NCBI GenBank assembly: GCA_963514005.1
Contig: OY740795.1
Span: 62,001-126,000, forward strand
Direction: 5' to 3'
Source: Raja brachyura
Taxonomy: Eukaryota
Length of the DNA stretch: 64,000 nucleotides
Made by a program: the position numbers and the translations under genes. A model generated the notes under the pieces. It had not been told where the DNA came from and ran no database searches. It was given only the letters and a program-made list of their open reading frames with translations. Shown piece by piece: positions 37,030 to 51,417 of the stretch (position 1 is the stretch's first letter; each line of letters starts with the position of its first letter).

Positions 37030-38993
37030 ATAGAAACATAGAAACATAGAAAATAGGCGCAGGATACCCCCAACATTGGAAACATTTTTCCTGCATCTAG
37101 CTTGTCCAGTCCTTTAATAATTTTATATATTTATTTAAGATCCCTCCTCATCCATCTAAACTCTAGTGAATACAGGCCTAGTCTTTTCAATCTTTCCTCA
37201 GATGGCAGTCCCGCCATCCCAGGCATCAATCTCGTGAACCTACGCTGCACTGCCTCAATCACAAGGATGTCCTACCTCAAATTATGAGACCAAAATTGTG
37301 CACAATACTCCAGATGTGTTCTCACCGGAGCCCTATACAACCGCAGAAGAACATCTTTACTCCTGTACTGAAATCCTCTTGTTGTGAAGGCCAACGTTCC
37401 ATTAGCTTTCTTCACTACGTGCTGTACCTGCACGCCAACTTTCAGTGACCGATGTAAAAGGACACCCAGGTCTCTCTGTACCTCCTCCTTATCTAACCTA
37501 ACCCAATTGAGATAATAATCTGCCCCCTTGTACTTGCCGCCAAAGTGGATAAACTCACATTTATGTATAATATACTGCATCTGCCCACTCACGCAACCTG
37601 TCCAGATCCCCCTACAACCTCCTAACATCCTCTTCACGGTGCGCACTGCCACCCAGCTTTGTGTCATCCGCAAACTTGCTAATGTTGCTCTTAATTCCCT
37701 CTTTCAACTCATTAATATATATGGTAAACGCCGAGCATTGCGGCACTCCACTGGCCGCTGCCTGCCATTCCGAAAATGACCCTTTCACTCCTACCCTTTG
37801 CTTCCGGTCTGCCAACCAATTTTCTATCCATGTCAGCACCCTACCCCCAATACCATGTGCTCTAATGTTCGACACCAGTCTCCCGTGTTCGACCTTATCA
37901 AAGGCTTTCTGAAAGTCTAGATACAATACATCAACTGGCACCCCTTCATCCATTTTACTTGTCACATCCTCAAAAAATCCCAGAAGATTAGTCAAGCATG
38001 ATTATCCTTTCATAAATCCACGTTGACTTGGACTAATCATTTATTGCTCTCCAAATGCCCCATTATTACCTCTTTAATAATTGACTGCAGCATCTTTGCC
38101 ACCACCGAAGTCAGGCTAACTGGTCTGTAATTCCCCGTTTTCTCTCTCTCGCTCCTTTCTTGAAAAGTGGGATAAAATTAGCTGTCCTCCAATCCCCAGA
38201 AACTGATCCTGAATCGTTTGAACATTGGAAAATTATCACCAATGCGTCCACTATTTCTAGAGCCACCTCCATGAGGACCCTGGGATGCAGAACATCAGGC
38301 CCAAGGGATTTATGATCCTTCAGTCCCATTAGCCTACCCAATACTATTTCTCGCCTAATGAACATTTCTTTCGGTTCCTCTACCCCCTTAGATCCGCTGT
38401 CCTCCAGTACATCTGGGAGATTGTTTGTGTCCTCCTTAGTGAAGACAGATCCGAAGTACCTATTCAACTCTTCTGCCATGTCCTTGCTGCCCATAATAAT
38501 TTCACTAGTGTCTACCTTCAAGGGACCCACATATGACTTTGCTACTCTTTTCCCCTTAACATATCTGAAGAAGCTTTTACTGTCCATCTTTATATTCCTG
38601 GCCAGCTTCCCGCGTACTTAATCTTTTCAGCCCGTATTGCCTGTTTTGTTTTCTTCTGTTGTCCTATGAAAGTTTCACAATCCTCTGGCTCCCGGCTACT
38701 CTTTGCTGTGTTATACATCTTTTCTTTTAGTTTTTTTCTATCCCTAACTTATCATGTCCGCCAGGGTTGCCTCCTACTGCCCTTGGAATATTTCTTCATT
38801 TTTGGAATGAAATGGTCCTCCGTCTTCTGGATTTTGCCCATAAATTCCTGCTATTGCTGTTCCACCGCCATTCCTGCTCGGATCCCTTTCCAGTCTACTT
38901 TGGCCAGCTTCGCTCTCGTGCCTTCACAGTACCCTTTATTCAAGTACATCACGGCCACGTTTGATTTAACGTTCTACTTCTCAAATTGCAGAT
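37030..38993 (-). mobile_element. Older CR1 LINE (RT region), continuing at 41824-42225
   Basis: Frameshifted ORF2 pieces at 38111-38587, 37612-37995 and 37272-37673, interrupted by a younger CR1. Confidence 0.88.
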
Positions 38994-41815
38994 AGAAACA
39001 TAGAAACATAGAAAATAGGTGCAGGAGTAGGCCATTCGGCCCTTCGAGCCTGCACCGCCATTCAATGTGATCATGGTTGATCATCCAACTCAGTATCCCG
39101 TACCTGCCTTCTCTCCATGCCCCCTGATCCCTTTAGCCACAAGTGCCACATCTAACGCCCTCTTAAATATAGCCAATAAACTGGCCTCAACTACCTTCTG
39201 TGGCAGAGAATTCCAGAGACTCACCACTCTCTGTGTAAAGAATGTTTTCCTCGTTTCGGTCCTAAAGGAATTCCCCCTTATCCTTAGACTGTGACCCCTT
39301 GTTCTGGACTCCCCCAACATCGGGAACAATCTTCCAGCATCTAGCTTGTCCAACCCCTTAAGAATTTTGTAAGTTTCTATAAGATCCCCCCTCAATCTTC
39401 TAAATTCCAGCGAGTACAAGCCGAGTCTATCCAATCTTTCCTCATATGAAAGTCCTGACATCCCAGGAATCAGTCTGGTGAATCTTCTCTGTACCCCCTC
39501 TATGGCAAGGATGTCTTTCCTCAGATTTGGAGACCAAAACTGTACGCAATACTCCAGGTGTGGTCTCACCAAAACCCTGTACAACTGCAGTAGAACCTCC
39601 CTGCTCCTATACTCAAATCCCTTCGCTATGAATGCTAACATACCATTTGCTGTCTTCACTGCCTGCTGCACCTGCATGCCTACTTTCAATGACTGGTGTA
39701 CCATGACACCCAGGTCTCGTTGCATCTCCCCCTTTCCTAATCTGCCACCATTCAGATAATAGTCTACCCTCATGTTTTTGCCACCAAAGTGGATAACCTC
39801 ACATTTATCCACATTATACTGCATCTGCCATGCATCTGCCCATTCACTCAGCCTATCCAAATCACCCTGCAGTCTCCAAGCATCCTCCTCACACCTAATT
39901 ATACCCCCCAGCTTGGTATCATCTGCAAATTTGGAGATGTTGCATTGAATTCCCTCGTCCAAATCATTAATATATATTGTAAATAGCTGGGGTCCCAGCA
40001 CTGAGCCTTGCGGCACCCCACTAGTCACTGCCTGCCATTCTGAAAAGGACCCGTTTACTCCTACCCTTTGCCTCCTGTCTGCTAGCCAGTTCTCTATCTA
40101 CATCAATACTGAACCCCCAATACCGTGTGCTTTAAGTTTGTATGCTAATCTCTTATGCGGGACCTTGTCGAAAGCCTTCTGAAAGTCTAGATATAACACA
40201 TCCACTGGTTCTCCCTTATCCACTCTACTAGTTACATCCTCAAAAAATTCTATCAGATTTGTCAGACATGATTTACCTATCGTAAATCCATGCTGACTTT
40301 GTCCAATGATTTCACCACTTTCCAAATGCGCTGCTATCCCATCTTTAATAACTGACTCTAGCAGTTTCCCCACTACCGATGTTAGACTAACTGGTCTGTA
40401 ATTCCCCGCTTTCTCTCTCCCTCCTTTTTTAAAAAGTGCGGTTACATTAGCTACCCTCCAATCCTCAGGAACTACTCCAGAATCTAAGGAATTTTGAAAA
40501 ATTATCACTAATGCATCCACTATTTCTGTGGCTACCTCCTTGAGTACTCTGGGATGCAGACTATCTGGCCCTGGGGATTTATCGGCCTTCAATCCATTCA
40601 ATTTACCCAACACCACCTCCCGGCTAACCTGGATTTCACTCAGTTCCTCCATCTTATTTGACCCCCGTTCCACCGCTATTTCCGGCAGATTATTTATGTC
40701 TTCCTTAGTGAAGAGAGAACCAAAGTAGTTATTCAATTGGTCTGCCATGTCCTTGTTCCCCATGATCAATTCACCTGTTTCTGACTGCAAGGGACCAACA
40801 TTTGTTTTAACTAGTCTCTTTCTCTTCACATATCTATAAAAACTTTTGCAGTCAGTTTTTATGTTCCCTGCCAGTTTCCTTTCATAATCTATTTTCCCTT
40901 TCCTAATTAAGCCCTTTGTCCTCCTCTGCTGCATTCTGAATTTCTCCCAGTCCTCCGGTAGGCTGCTTTTTCTGGCCAATTTGTATGCCTTATCTTTTGT
41001 TTTTGTACTATCCCTGATTTCCCTTGTTATCCATGGATGCACCACCTTCCCCGATTTATTCTTTTGCCAAACTGGTATGAACAACTTTTGTACTTCATCC
41101 TTGCAGTCTTTAAATACCTTCCATTGCACATCCACTGTCAACCCTTTAAGAATCACCTGCCAGTCAATCTTGGCCAATTCACATCTCATACCTTCAAAGT
41201 TACCTTTGTTCAAGTTCAGAACCCTTGTTTCTGACTTAATTTTGTCACTCTCCATCCTAATGAAGAACTCAACCATATTATGGTCACTCTTTCCCAAGGG
41301 GCCACGCACAACAAGACTACTAACTAACCCTTCCTCATTACTCAATACCCAGTCTAGAATAGCCTGCTCTCTCGTTGGTTCCTCCACATGTTGGTTGAGA
41401 AAACTATCCCGCATACATTCCAGGAAATCCTCTTCCTCAGCACCCCTGCCAATTTGATTCACCCAATCTACATGCAGAGTGAAGTCACCCATTATAACCG
41501 TGTTACCCTTGTTGCACGCATTTCTAATTTCCTGTTTGATGCCATCCCCAACTCCAATACTACTGTTAGGTGGCCTGTACACAGCTCCCACTAGCGTTTT
41601 CTGTCCCTTAGAGTTTCGCAGCTCTACCCATATCGATTCCACATCCTCCACGCTAATGTCCTTCCTTTCTATTGCATTAATCTCCTCTCTCACCAGCAAC
41701 GCTACCCCACCTCCTTTTCCTTTTCGACTATCCCTCCTGAATATTGAATATCCCTGGATGTTCAGCTCCCAGCCTTGGTCACCCTGGAGCCATGTCTCCG
41801 TGATCCCAACTATAG
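38994..41815 (-). mobile_element. Young CR1 LINE with a near-intact 5'-truncated ORF2 (partial endonuclease + RT)
   Basis: In-frame ORFs of 533 aa and 312 aa separated by one TAG at 40100-40098. Motifs [20 protein letters not shown] and FADD, with a (tagaaaca)n tail. Confidence 0.95.
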
Positions 41816-41823
41816 CATAGTCA

Positions 41824-42225
41824 TTAAATGAAAACTAATCACATTATGATCACTAGCTCCAAGCGGTTCCTTTACCCCGAGTTCTCTTGTCATATCTGAT
41901 TCATTCGACAAAACTAAATCCAGAATTGCCTTCTCTCTGGTCGGTTCAACAAACTCTCTTTCTTGGGGTCCTGAACCAATCTGATTTTCCCAGTCTACCT
42001 GCATATTGATTTCCCCCATCACCACACTGGCATTACCTTTGTTACATGCCAGTGTTAACTCCTGCTGCAACTTACACCCTACATACGGGCTACTATTTGG
42101 GGGTCTGTAAAGAACACCAATTGGTGTCTTCTTGCCTTTGCAATTCCCCAACTCAATCCACAGTGACTCTACCTCATTTGTCCCTATGTCTTCCCTGCAA
42201 GGGACTGAATTCCATCCCTCACCAG
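41824..42225 (-). mobile_element. 5' part (endonuclease) of the older CR1 split by the 38994-41815 insertion
   Basis: ORF 41810-42151 contains GVLYRPPNS...SDHNVI. Confidence 0.8.
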
Positions 42226-42842
42226 CAGATATGGAAGGGTAATGTGCGAAAACGATAGGTCAATGTAGACGGTTATCATGGAAATGTCGAATATCATTGA
42301 TAGCTGGACGGAAGATAACAACGTTGCATTAAAACAGAAACATTATTGCGATTATGAATAATACCGAGATTGAAAATGTATCGCTTACTGGCGACGAAGA
42401 TGAACATAATCATTTTCATCTGCGTATTCCCTGCATTGGCGATATTAGGCTCGATTGGGGGATGCAATGTTGCTAATTGCAGCTGAGCGCAGTACATCGA
42501 GTGCTTTATTGCCAACGTCATCGCAGCCGAGATGAGAAGAGAGCGATTCACAAGAAGAGAGCGATTCCACACTTGCTCATGGATAGCACCGCGGAAGCCT
42601 GGCGCGGTTCCTATTTCCGAGTTGGTGTCAACCATGCAACTACACCGGCCCCCGAATCCATTCGTGGACGGCAAAAGGAAAGTGCTCGATAAGAGGAAAC
42701 GATGACGACGTGAGTCTGTGTAAACTACAGCACATCACGTGATCCTGCGTGCCTCCTCTATGTGTTTGCAAAAACTCATATTGATACTTCCTACTTGCAC
42801 CAGGAAGCCATATCTACCGCCCCGTTGTGCAGTTTGCCAGGA

Positions 42843-44292
42843 TACCATATAACCATATAACCATATAACAATTACAGCACGGAAACAGGCCATCTCGGCC
42901 CTTCAAGTCCATGCCGAACAACTTTTTTCCCTTAGTCCCACCTGCCTGCACTCATACCATAACCCTCCATACCCTTCTCATCCATATGCCTATCCAATTT
43001 ATTTTTAAATGATACCAACGAACCTGCCGCCACCACTTCCACTGGAAGCTCATTCCACACCGCTACCACTCGCTGAGTAAAGAAGTTCCCCCTCATGTTA
43101 CCCCTAAACCTCTGTCCCTTAATTCTAAAGTCATGTCCTCTTGTTTGAATCTTCCCTATTCTCATAGGGAAAAGCTTGTCCACATCAACTCTCTATCTCT
43201 CATCATTTTAAAGACCTCTATCAAGTCCCCCCTTAACCTTCTGCGCTCCAGAGAATAAAGACCTAACTTATTCAACCTATCTCTGTAACTTAGCTGTTGA
43301 AACCCAGGCAACATTCTAGTAAATCTCCTCTGTACCCTCTCTATTTTGTTGACATCCTTCCTATAATTGGGCGACCAAAATTGTACACCATACTCCAGAT
43401 TTGGTCTCACCAATGCCTTGTACAATTTTAACATTACATCCCAGCTTCTATACTCAATGCTCTGATTTATAAAGGCTAGCATACCAAAAGCTTTCTTTAC
43501 CACCCTATCTATATGAGATTCCACCTTCAAGGAACTATGCACGGTTATTCCCAGATCCCTCTGTTCAACTGTATTCTTCAATTCCCTACCGTTTACCATG
43601 TACGTCCTATTTTGATTTGTCCTGCCAAGGTGTAGCACCTCACATTTATCAGCATTAAACTCCATCTGCCATCTTTCAGCCCATTTTTCCAACTGGCCTA
43701 AATCACTCTGTAGACTTTGGAGATCCTCTTCATTATCCACAACACCCCCTATCTTGGTATCATCTGCATACTTACTAATCCAATTTACCACCCTTTCATC
43801 CAGATCATTGATGTACATGACAAACAACAAAGGACCCAACACAGATCCCTGAGGCACCCCACTAGTTACCTGCCTCCAACCCGACAAACAGTCATCCACC
43901 ATTACCCTCTGGCTTCTCCCATTCAGCCACTGTTGAATCCATCTTGCTATTCCTGCATTTATACCCAACAGTTGAACCTTTTTAACTAACCTTCCATGAA
44001 GAACCTTGTCAAAGGCCTTACTGAAGTCCATATAGACAACATCCACTGCTTTACCCTCGTCAATTTCCCAAGTAACCTCTTCAAAAAATTCAAGAAGATT
44101 AGTCAAACATGACCTTCCAGGCATAAATCCATGTTGATTGTTCCTAATTAGACCCTCTTTATCCAGATACTTATATATATGATCTCTAAGTATCTTTTCC
44201 ATTAATTTGCCCACCACTGAAGTCAAAATAACCGGTCTATAATTGCTAGGTTTACTTTTAGAACCCTTTTTAAACAATGGAACAACATGCGC
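42843..44292 (-). mobile_element. CR1 LINE, 5'-truncated, (ttatatgg)n-tailed subfamily
   Basis: ORF 43162-44394 has NYRPV, QHGF, DFSKAFD and YADD. It is absent at the paralogous site near 58278. Confidence 0.93.
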
Positions 44293-45513
44293 AACTGGGC
44301 CCAACAGAGTTCCAGTGGACGCAGCTCCAGCAAATGGTTTTATTTTTTTGCTGCAGATTACATCACCCCTTATCTGCTGAGTCGGTGTAACCACCGGGTT
44401 ACAGAGCCAAGACGATTAGGAAAAAGGAGGCGCAACGTGGTTCCAGTCAATTTGAAGCCGGGGCAGACATTAGTGGCGAAGTTAACAATATTAGTCCGTA
44501 CTGCCTGGTCCCAAGAGGCAGTCCACAAAACGGAGTCCGCGCAGCGGTAGTGCGAATGGGGACATTTGCGAGAATGTGTTTTGAACAAAGGATGTTACAT
44601 GTGGCCAACGAAGAAACAGGCAACGTACCAATCTCTGCTGTTATCTCCACCAATCTCTCCCTCAGCATTCCATCCACTAATTCTTTAATCCTCACATGGG
44701 GATTCACCGTTCGTGTACACCTCGTCTCACGCATTCCATTTACTTATACAATGTCTGGCAGACGGCGCTCAGATCCTGCAACACATAATGTTATTTTTGC
44801 TGCACATTCCAGCATCTCTAGTCATTTGTGACTTGCCTCTAATGCAATAAAATGTTTTCATTTGCAAATATAATATCTGCTGCATCATAAGGAAACTAGA
44901 AAATGAATAAGGCATTGCGAAATTGTCAACCGTGTTCTCTTCCGTGGCATCAATAAGGTTTGGCCTGATTTACATGGAATTAGACTAATTTCCGATTGCT
45001 TTCAAGAATGGACTGGAAGGCTGTTCTGGTAGAAAGGGAAAAATATACGGAATAAACACTTGGCCCAATCCTAATTCCTACATAAGGAAGCGAAACTAGC
45101 AAGATGCAAATTATCTTTATTTCAAATAAAGACACGTTGCTACATAAAATGTTCTTCGCTACATTGGATAGCTTTCTGGAAAATTACGGCGTATCTTCAA
45201 ATGATCGAATATTATTCATCTGCGAAAATAAGTGATCGGCAGAATAACCTGGTATTTTATTGTTATAGTGTGAATGGATCGTCAATCACAGCGTACACAG
45301 GCGTGTCCCGGTTAGTTAGTCAATCGGGTAACTACACGGCAATCTTATTTGCTAAATACTCCGACTAATCACAGATCTACAGAGTGGAACTTGGGGGATC
45401 TGCTACTGTTGGACGTACGATATATTTTATCTGAATACAGTAATCAGTGAGGCAGAGCTTGGGGTGAACCACGTCAGGTTGAATAACGGTAACAATAATG
45501 TTCTAAGAGAATG

Positions 45514-46806
45514 TTAAATTGCTGGAGCATATCATTGACAGTAATCTGTTTCGTCACGTGAGCAAACATAATATTCTTGTCCACAACCAACATGCATTTA
45601 GGAGGCATAGATCATGCGAGTCTCAGCTTATCCTGTCAACAAATGACCTGGCCAAGCACCTTGACAGTAACGTTACCATGGATTTAGTTGTACTGGACAT
45701 TTCTAAAGCATTTGATGTTATCGCACACCAGAGACTGCTTCGGAAGCTTGACTTCTATGGCATTCGTTCCAACACGAAACGATCGATATCCAGTTTCCCG
45801 ACAAAACGTCTACAGCGCGTGTGTGTGAACGGAAAGAGCTCCAATTGGCACCCAGTGTTGAGTGGTGCAGCCCAGGGCACAGTACGTGGCCCACACCTAT
45901 TTTTGCTTTACATCGATGACAACCATGAAAAAGTCGCAAGTACGACCAGATTATCCACTGATGATTGTTTGCTGTACCGTCCAATTAAGTCAGCTGATGG
46001 TGAAGATGCTCTCCAAAAGGATCTCGATACTATGGTCGCGTGGTCACAACAATGGGGGATGCAGTTCAACCCTTCCAAATTTGACACCATGCGTGTCACC
46101 AGAAAGAGGAATCCAGGCGTCACATCTTACAACATACTTGGTGTCACCCTTGAAGAATCCAAACAAACCAAGTATCTTGGCATCAAATTGCAGAATGATC
46201 TACGTTGGAATGGTCAGACTCATCATGTAACAGTGAAAGCAACAGGTGTCCTAAACTTCCGGGGGCGCAAATTCCATCATTGTTCAGCTTCTGTCAAGGA
46301 GAAGCAGTATTTCACCCACGTTAGACCTCATCTGTTCTAGCAGTTGCAGCTTGGGACCCAGACACAGATACAAATATTTCATCCATCGAACGTGTCCAAA
46401 GACAGGCCGCTCGATTTGTTACTAACACTTACGAGAGAGAAGCGAGTGTCACCAAACTTCTGAATTCTCCGGGGTGGTACCCTCTCAAAGTGAGACGTGA
46501 AGCTCACCGTTTGACCAGTTTTTACAAAATGTTAAATGGTCCCAAACCAATTCGGAGCAAACGACGGCATTCGATCCAATTTGTTGTCCCATCCACAAAG
46601 ACAGATGCTTACAGCAATTCATTCTTTCCACGCACTATTAAAGCATGGAATAATCTCCACAAACCCACGGTTGCCCAGCCAGATGCAACTAAATTTAAAG
46701 TGGCACTTTCTTCCCAATAACGCTCTCTGGCTAAACCGCTCCCTTCACCACCTCCAGTTTAAATTCCAGTTGGAATATTTTGGAGGACCAAGTAACCAAG
46801 AAACCA
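45514..46806 (+). mobile_element. Divergent CR1/L2-group non-LTR retrotransposon, 5'-truncated
   Basis: RT ORF 45519-46340 (NQHAFR..RSCESQL, LDISKAFD), C-terminal SFFPRTIKAWN, (aaccaag)n tail, and agaatg repeated at both flanks. The empty site is at about 27935. Confidence 0.88.
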
Positions 46807-47148
46807 AGAATGATAAAGATAGGCATCAAGTCGCCAAAGATTTCCACACCGGCGCGCGCTCTGCAAAACAACAGCGACAATAATTTCTCAATTAAATGAA
46901 TGAAGTATCTTACAAAATATATAAAAATAATGCCACTGATGACAATATTTTAACAATCGAGCTTTGTCAGGGTCTGAATTGAGATGAGAGCAAAGGCACG
47001 AGTAACGGCGATATGTGGTCAAGGGCTTGGTAAAATGGCACAGATGAGACGTTTAGAGAAAGGCATGAAATCCGAGATTGAGATGAAGATTTGAACGCCA
47101 AGACGCTCCTCTATTGAGATGAGAGCAAAGGCACGAGTACGGGCGATA

Positions 47149-48545
47149 GTCTAACATCAGTAGTGGGGAAACTGCTAGAGTCGGTTATTAAAGATGGGAT
47201 AGCAGCGCATTTGGAAAGTGGTGAAATCATTGGATAAAGTCAGCATGGATTTACGAAAGGTAAATCATGTCTGACAAATCTGATAGATTTTTTCGAAGAT
47301 GTAACTAGTAGAGTGGATAAGGGAGAACCAGTGGATGTGTTACATCTTGACTTTCAGAAGGCTTTCGACAAGGTCCCGCATAAGAGATTAGCATACAAAC
47401 TTAAAGCACACGGTATTGGGGGTTCAGTATTGATGTGGATAGAGAACTGGCTAGCAGACAGGAGGCAAAGGGTAGGAGTAAACGGGTCCTTTTCAGAATG
47501 GCAGGCAGTGACTAGTAGCGTGCCGCAAGGCTCAGTGCTGGGACCCCAGCTATTTACAATATATATTAATGATTTGGACGAGGGAATTCAATGCAACATC
47601 TCCAAATTTGCAGATGATACCAAGCTGGGGGGTATAGTTAGGTGTGAGGAGGATGCTTGGAGGCTGCAGGGTGATTTGGATAGGCTGAGTGAATGGGCAG
47701 ATGCATGGCAGATGCAGTAAAATGTGGATAAATGTGAGTTTATCCACTTTGGTGGCAAAAACACGAGGGTAGACTATTATCTGAATGATGGCAGATTAGG
47801 AAAGGGGGAATTGCAACGAGACCTGGGTGTCATGGTACACCAGTCATTGAAAGTAGGCATGCAGGTGCAGCAGGCTGTGACGAAAGCAAATGGTATGTTA
47901 GCATTCATAGCGAAAGGATTTGAGTATAGGAGCAGGGAGGTTCTACTGCAGTTGTACAGGGTTTTGGTGAGGCCACACCTGGAGTATTGCGTACACTTTT
48001 GGTCTCCAAATCTGAGGAAAGACATCCTTGCCATAGAGGGGGTACAGAGAAGATTCACCAGACTGATTCCTGGGATGTCAGGACTTTCATATGAGGAAAG
48101 ATTGGATAGACTCGGCTTGTACTCGCTGGAATTTAGAAGATTGAGGGGGGATCTTATAGAAACTTACAAAATTCTTAAGGGGTTGGACAAGCTAGATGCT
48201 GGAAGATCGTTCCCGATGTTGGGGGAGTCCAGAACAAGGGGTCACATCTAAGGATCAGGGGGAATTCCTTTAGGACCGAAACGAGGAAAACATTCTTTAC
48301 ACAGAGAGTGGTGAGTCTCTGGAATTCTCTGCCACAGAAGGTAGTTGAGGCCAGTTCATTTGCTATATTTAAGAGGGCGTTAGATGTGGCACTTGTGGAT
48401 AAAGAGATCAGGGGGTATGGAGAGAAGGCAGGTACGGGATACTGAGTTGGATGATCAGCCATGATCACATTGAATGGCGGTGCAGGCTCGAAGGGCCGAA
48501 TGGCCTACTCCTGCACCTATTTTCTATGTTTCTATGTTTCTATGT
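47149..48545 (+). mobile_element. CR1 LINE, same young subfamily as 38994-41815
   Basis: ORFs 47313-47720 and 47724-48251 are nearly identical in protein to the 39-40 kb copy, with a (tatgtttc)n tail. Confidence 0.95.
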
Positions 48546-48969
48546 GGTCAAGGGTTTTGTAAAATGGCACAGAGGAGACGTTTAGAGAAAGGCATGGATT
48601 CCGAGATTGAGATGAAGATTTGAACGCCAAGACGCTCCTCTACTTTAACAATGATATGTCACACTTCATATTGCTGCAAATTGTTCTGTTGGCTGTTCAT
48701 TTCCTGTTTCAATGATGAGATCCACTCCTCGCTTCATCAAACATTTACCAGATCACTATTCATTCATGGAGGAGAAGGCTATTTTGTTATTTTTAAGTGT
48801 TTTTTTAGCGTGTTGAAATCTTTTTGACTTTGTGCCTATCTTTATTATTCACAGCGAAAATGCGTTGTGTTCGTATACCAACATTCACGATGTGCGCCCA
48901 AACCGCAAGGCATTCGCCTGAATTATTTAGCCTGCCCACTAATCCAACCCAACCAAATTAAGTTCCGAG

Positions 48970-49265
48970 CGGCCACGGTACCGCATCAGTAGAGTTGCTT
49001 CCTTACAGCACTTGCAGCGCCGGAGACACGGGATCGATCCCGTCTAAGGAGTTGGCTGTACGGAGTTTGTAGGTTCTCGCCGTGACCTCCTGGGGTTTCT
49101 CCGAGATATGTGGTGTACAGTTACGTAGGTTAATTGGCTTGGTGTAAGTGTAAATTGTCCCGTGTGTGTGGGGGATAATGTTAATGTGTGGGGGTCGCTG
49201 GTCGGTGCGGACTCGGTGGGCCGAGGGACCTGTTTCTGCGTTGTGTCTCTAAAATAAACTAAATT
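48970..49265 (+). mobile_element. tRNA-derived SINE (V-SINE/HE1-like)
   Basis: Head, core and tail as in other copies; the paralogue at about 28545 is truncated. Confidence 0.75.
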
Positions 49266-50617
49266 AAATTTATTTTTCGATTTAAATAAATTGTATTCCA
49301 AACATTGATGCCCCATTTCTCTATTACGCCTCACCCCTCTACCATGGCACAGTGGTGAAACGTTCCGTATTTTTTTCAGCTGATGTGCTGGATTTGTGGA
49401 GTCTGCAGGTTATCCACTTATTTTCCCCCCGGTTTCCCCCCATGTATCGAATGTCGTGCGAGATTGTAGGTCAATTGTCAGCTGTAAATTTGCCTTCATG
49501 CGTCGGGAGCACATGCGGAAGTAAGAACTAGTTTGAACGGGTGAGTGATGGTCGACGTGCACTCTGTTGACCGAAGGGCCTGTTTTCATGTTGCATCTTA
49601 ACACCAATCAATTAATGGTGTCAGGGATTGAAGAATAAATTAATTATAGTCATAAAGTCATACAACATAGAAACAGGTCCTTCGGCCGAACTTGGCCACG
49701 GCGACCCACATGGCCCATTTGAAGACGTCCGAAGAAGCGTCTCGACCCGAAACGTCACCCATTAACTCCAGAAATGTTGCATGGCCCGCTGAGTAACTCC
49801 TGCATTTAGTACACCCCCTTGCCTGCATGTTACCCATATCCCTCTAAACCTGTCCAATCCGTTCCCTTGCCTGAATGTTTCTTCAAGGTTGTGATAGTCC
49901 CTTCCTTAACTTCCTCCTCCGCCAGCTCGTTCCATACACCGCCACCTATGTGTCTAACAAGTTACCCCTCAGGTTCCTATTAACCACTCCGCCCACCTCC
50001 ACCTTATACCCGTGTCCTCAAGTTCTTGCTTCCACTATTCCGAGTAAGATATTCTGCAACTAACCGATATATTACGATCTATTTGGACGAACGGGAGAAC
50101 ATGCCAAGTACAGACAGACAACGGCGAGGTCAGGTTCACACCCGTGTCTCTGGCGCTGTCGGAGCAGTGGACTAACCCGGTTTAGCAGCCTGGATTAAAA
50201 TAGCTTCTTAATGACTTTGTGATCATCGTAATCGGCGGGAAATGATCGCAACTCATGGGAGACTTCGATCAAAGAATTTCGGAAACCGAATAGAACAAGG
50301 AACATTCCGAATACGCCGCATTCTGAAAAGCTGGGAAACAGAGAGATTTTCATTTCGAAGCTGTTGTAACGGGAGGGAGAGACAGGGTGCGTTGAATAGA
50401 AAAGAACAGGAGCCAGCAACGGAAGGAAGGGATTCAGGGGTGACAGCTCTCAGCGAATACGAAGCAAGTCACCGGCGCACCTGCGTAAATCGTACCAAAA
50501 ACGGCTTTGGAAACAATTCTCAGAATGACCGGAAACCGCGAACAGGAACCAGTGTGAGGCTTGCATTGGCTTGCATTGGCTTGCATTGGGTTCCAGCACG
50601 AGCCACAAGGCGTCTGT

Positions 50618-51125
50618 TCTTTCTGTATGGGTGTATACTCATTCCCATCAGTGTGCGGCTCAAAGCGCAGTAATAAACTGCAAAGTCGCTCAGCTCCAGA
50701 TCTGAGATGGTCAAACTGATAAATTTAGTTTATATTTAGTGCGGATTTCGACAGAGAAACGACTTTTAGCAAACTCCGCTTTCCATTCATCGCCATTGCT
50801 GTCTTTCCGTAAAGTGTACTCGGGCTCTGAGCCGGGCATCTGTCGATACCAAAATATACTGTTGGCACCCGGGGATTTGTATGTGCATTCCAACGTCACT
50901 GATTCTCCTTCTGACTTCACTGCTATCGGCGGCGACTGAGTACAGAATCTGCACGGCCGTGATCTGTAGAAATAGATCCAAACGGAAAAAAACGATCAGA
51001 CCTGCGAGATTTGAAGTCTGAAATTCATACCCTGTTTCACAAGTAAAAGAGAAAATAAATGCATGCGTGTCACTATTACTTATCAAAAATGTTCCCCGCG
51101 CCATCCAGATAATGAGGAACCACAT
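50618..51125 (-). pseudogene. TCR alpha/delta V pseudogene (leader 51125-51080, V exon 50963-50656), duplicate of 31642-32139
   Basis: Leader MWFLIIWMARGTFLI. There is a 1-nt deletion in FR1 and a frameshifting insertion in FR3 (ORFs 50711-50920 and 50520-50714). The RSS is cacactg-22-acagaaaga. Confidence 0.9.
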
Positions 51126-51417
51126 GGTGTCAATCAGCTGAGTTGTTGATGTGCCGGCGGCAAACAAAGCGCTCCCTCGTTGTTGCCCCGTGTCTCCGTT
51201 GGCTCTCCAATGGCGGTCAGCGGGGTGGGGCCTATCTGTTGACGGAACAGATGCGCTGGAGTCACTGACCTTATAAGGGAAAATCTGAAGCAATAAAAGC
51301 AAAATAGTGGTACCCAAGGAGCTCGGTGATGATATATCATGAGCAAACGTAACGACAAGTATGTACCTGAAAGTCATTGTGCATTGACAGCTCCTAAATT
51401 ATGTCTGTGAGCTTCAT

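Larger units (their letters stand above)
27280..44845 (+). repeat. Tandem segmental duplication, copy 1
   Basis: Unique sequence is colinear with 44867-58810 at anchors 27281/44868, 27930/46807, 30470/49388, 33455/54079, 36770/57850, 42420/57895 and 44300/58285. Confidence 0.9.
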
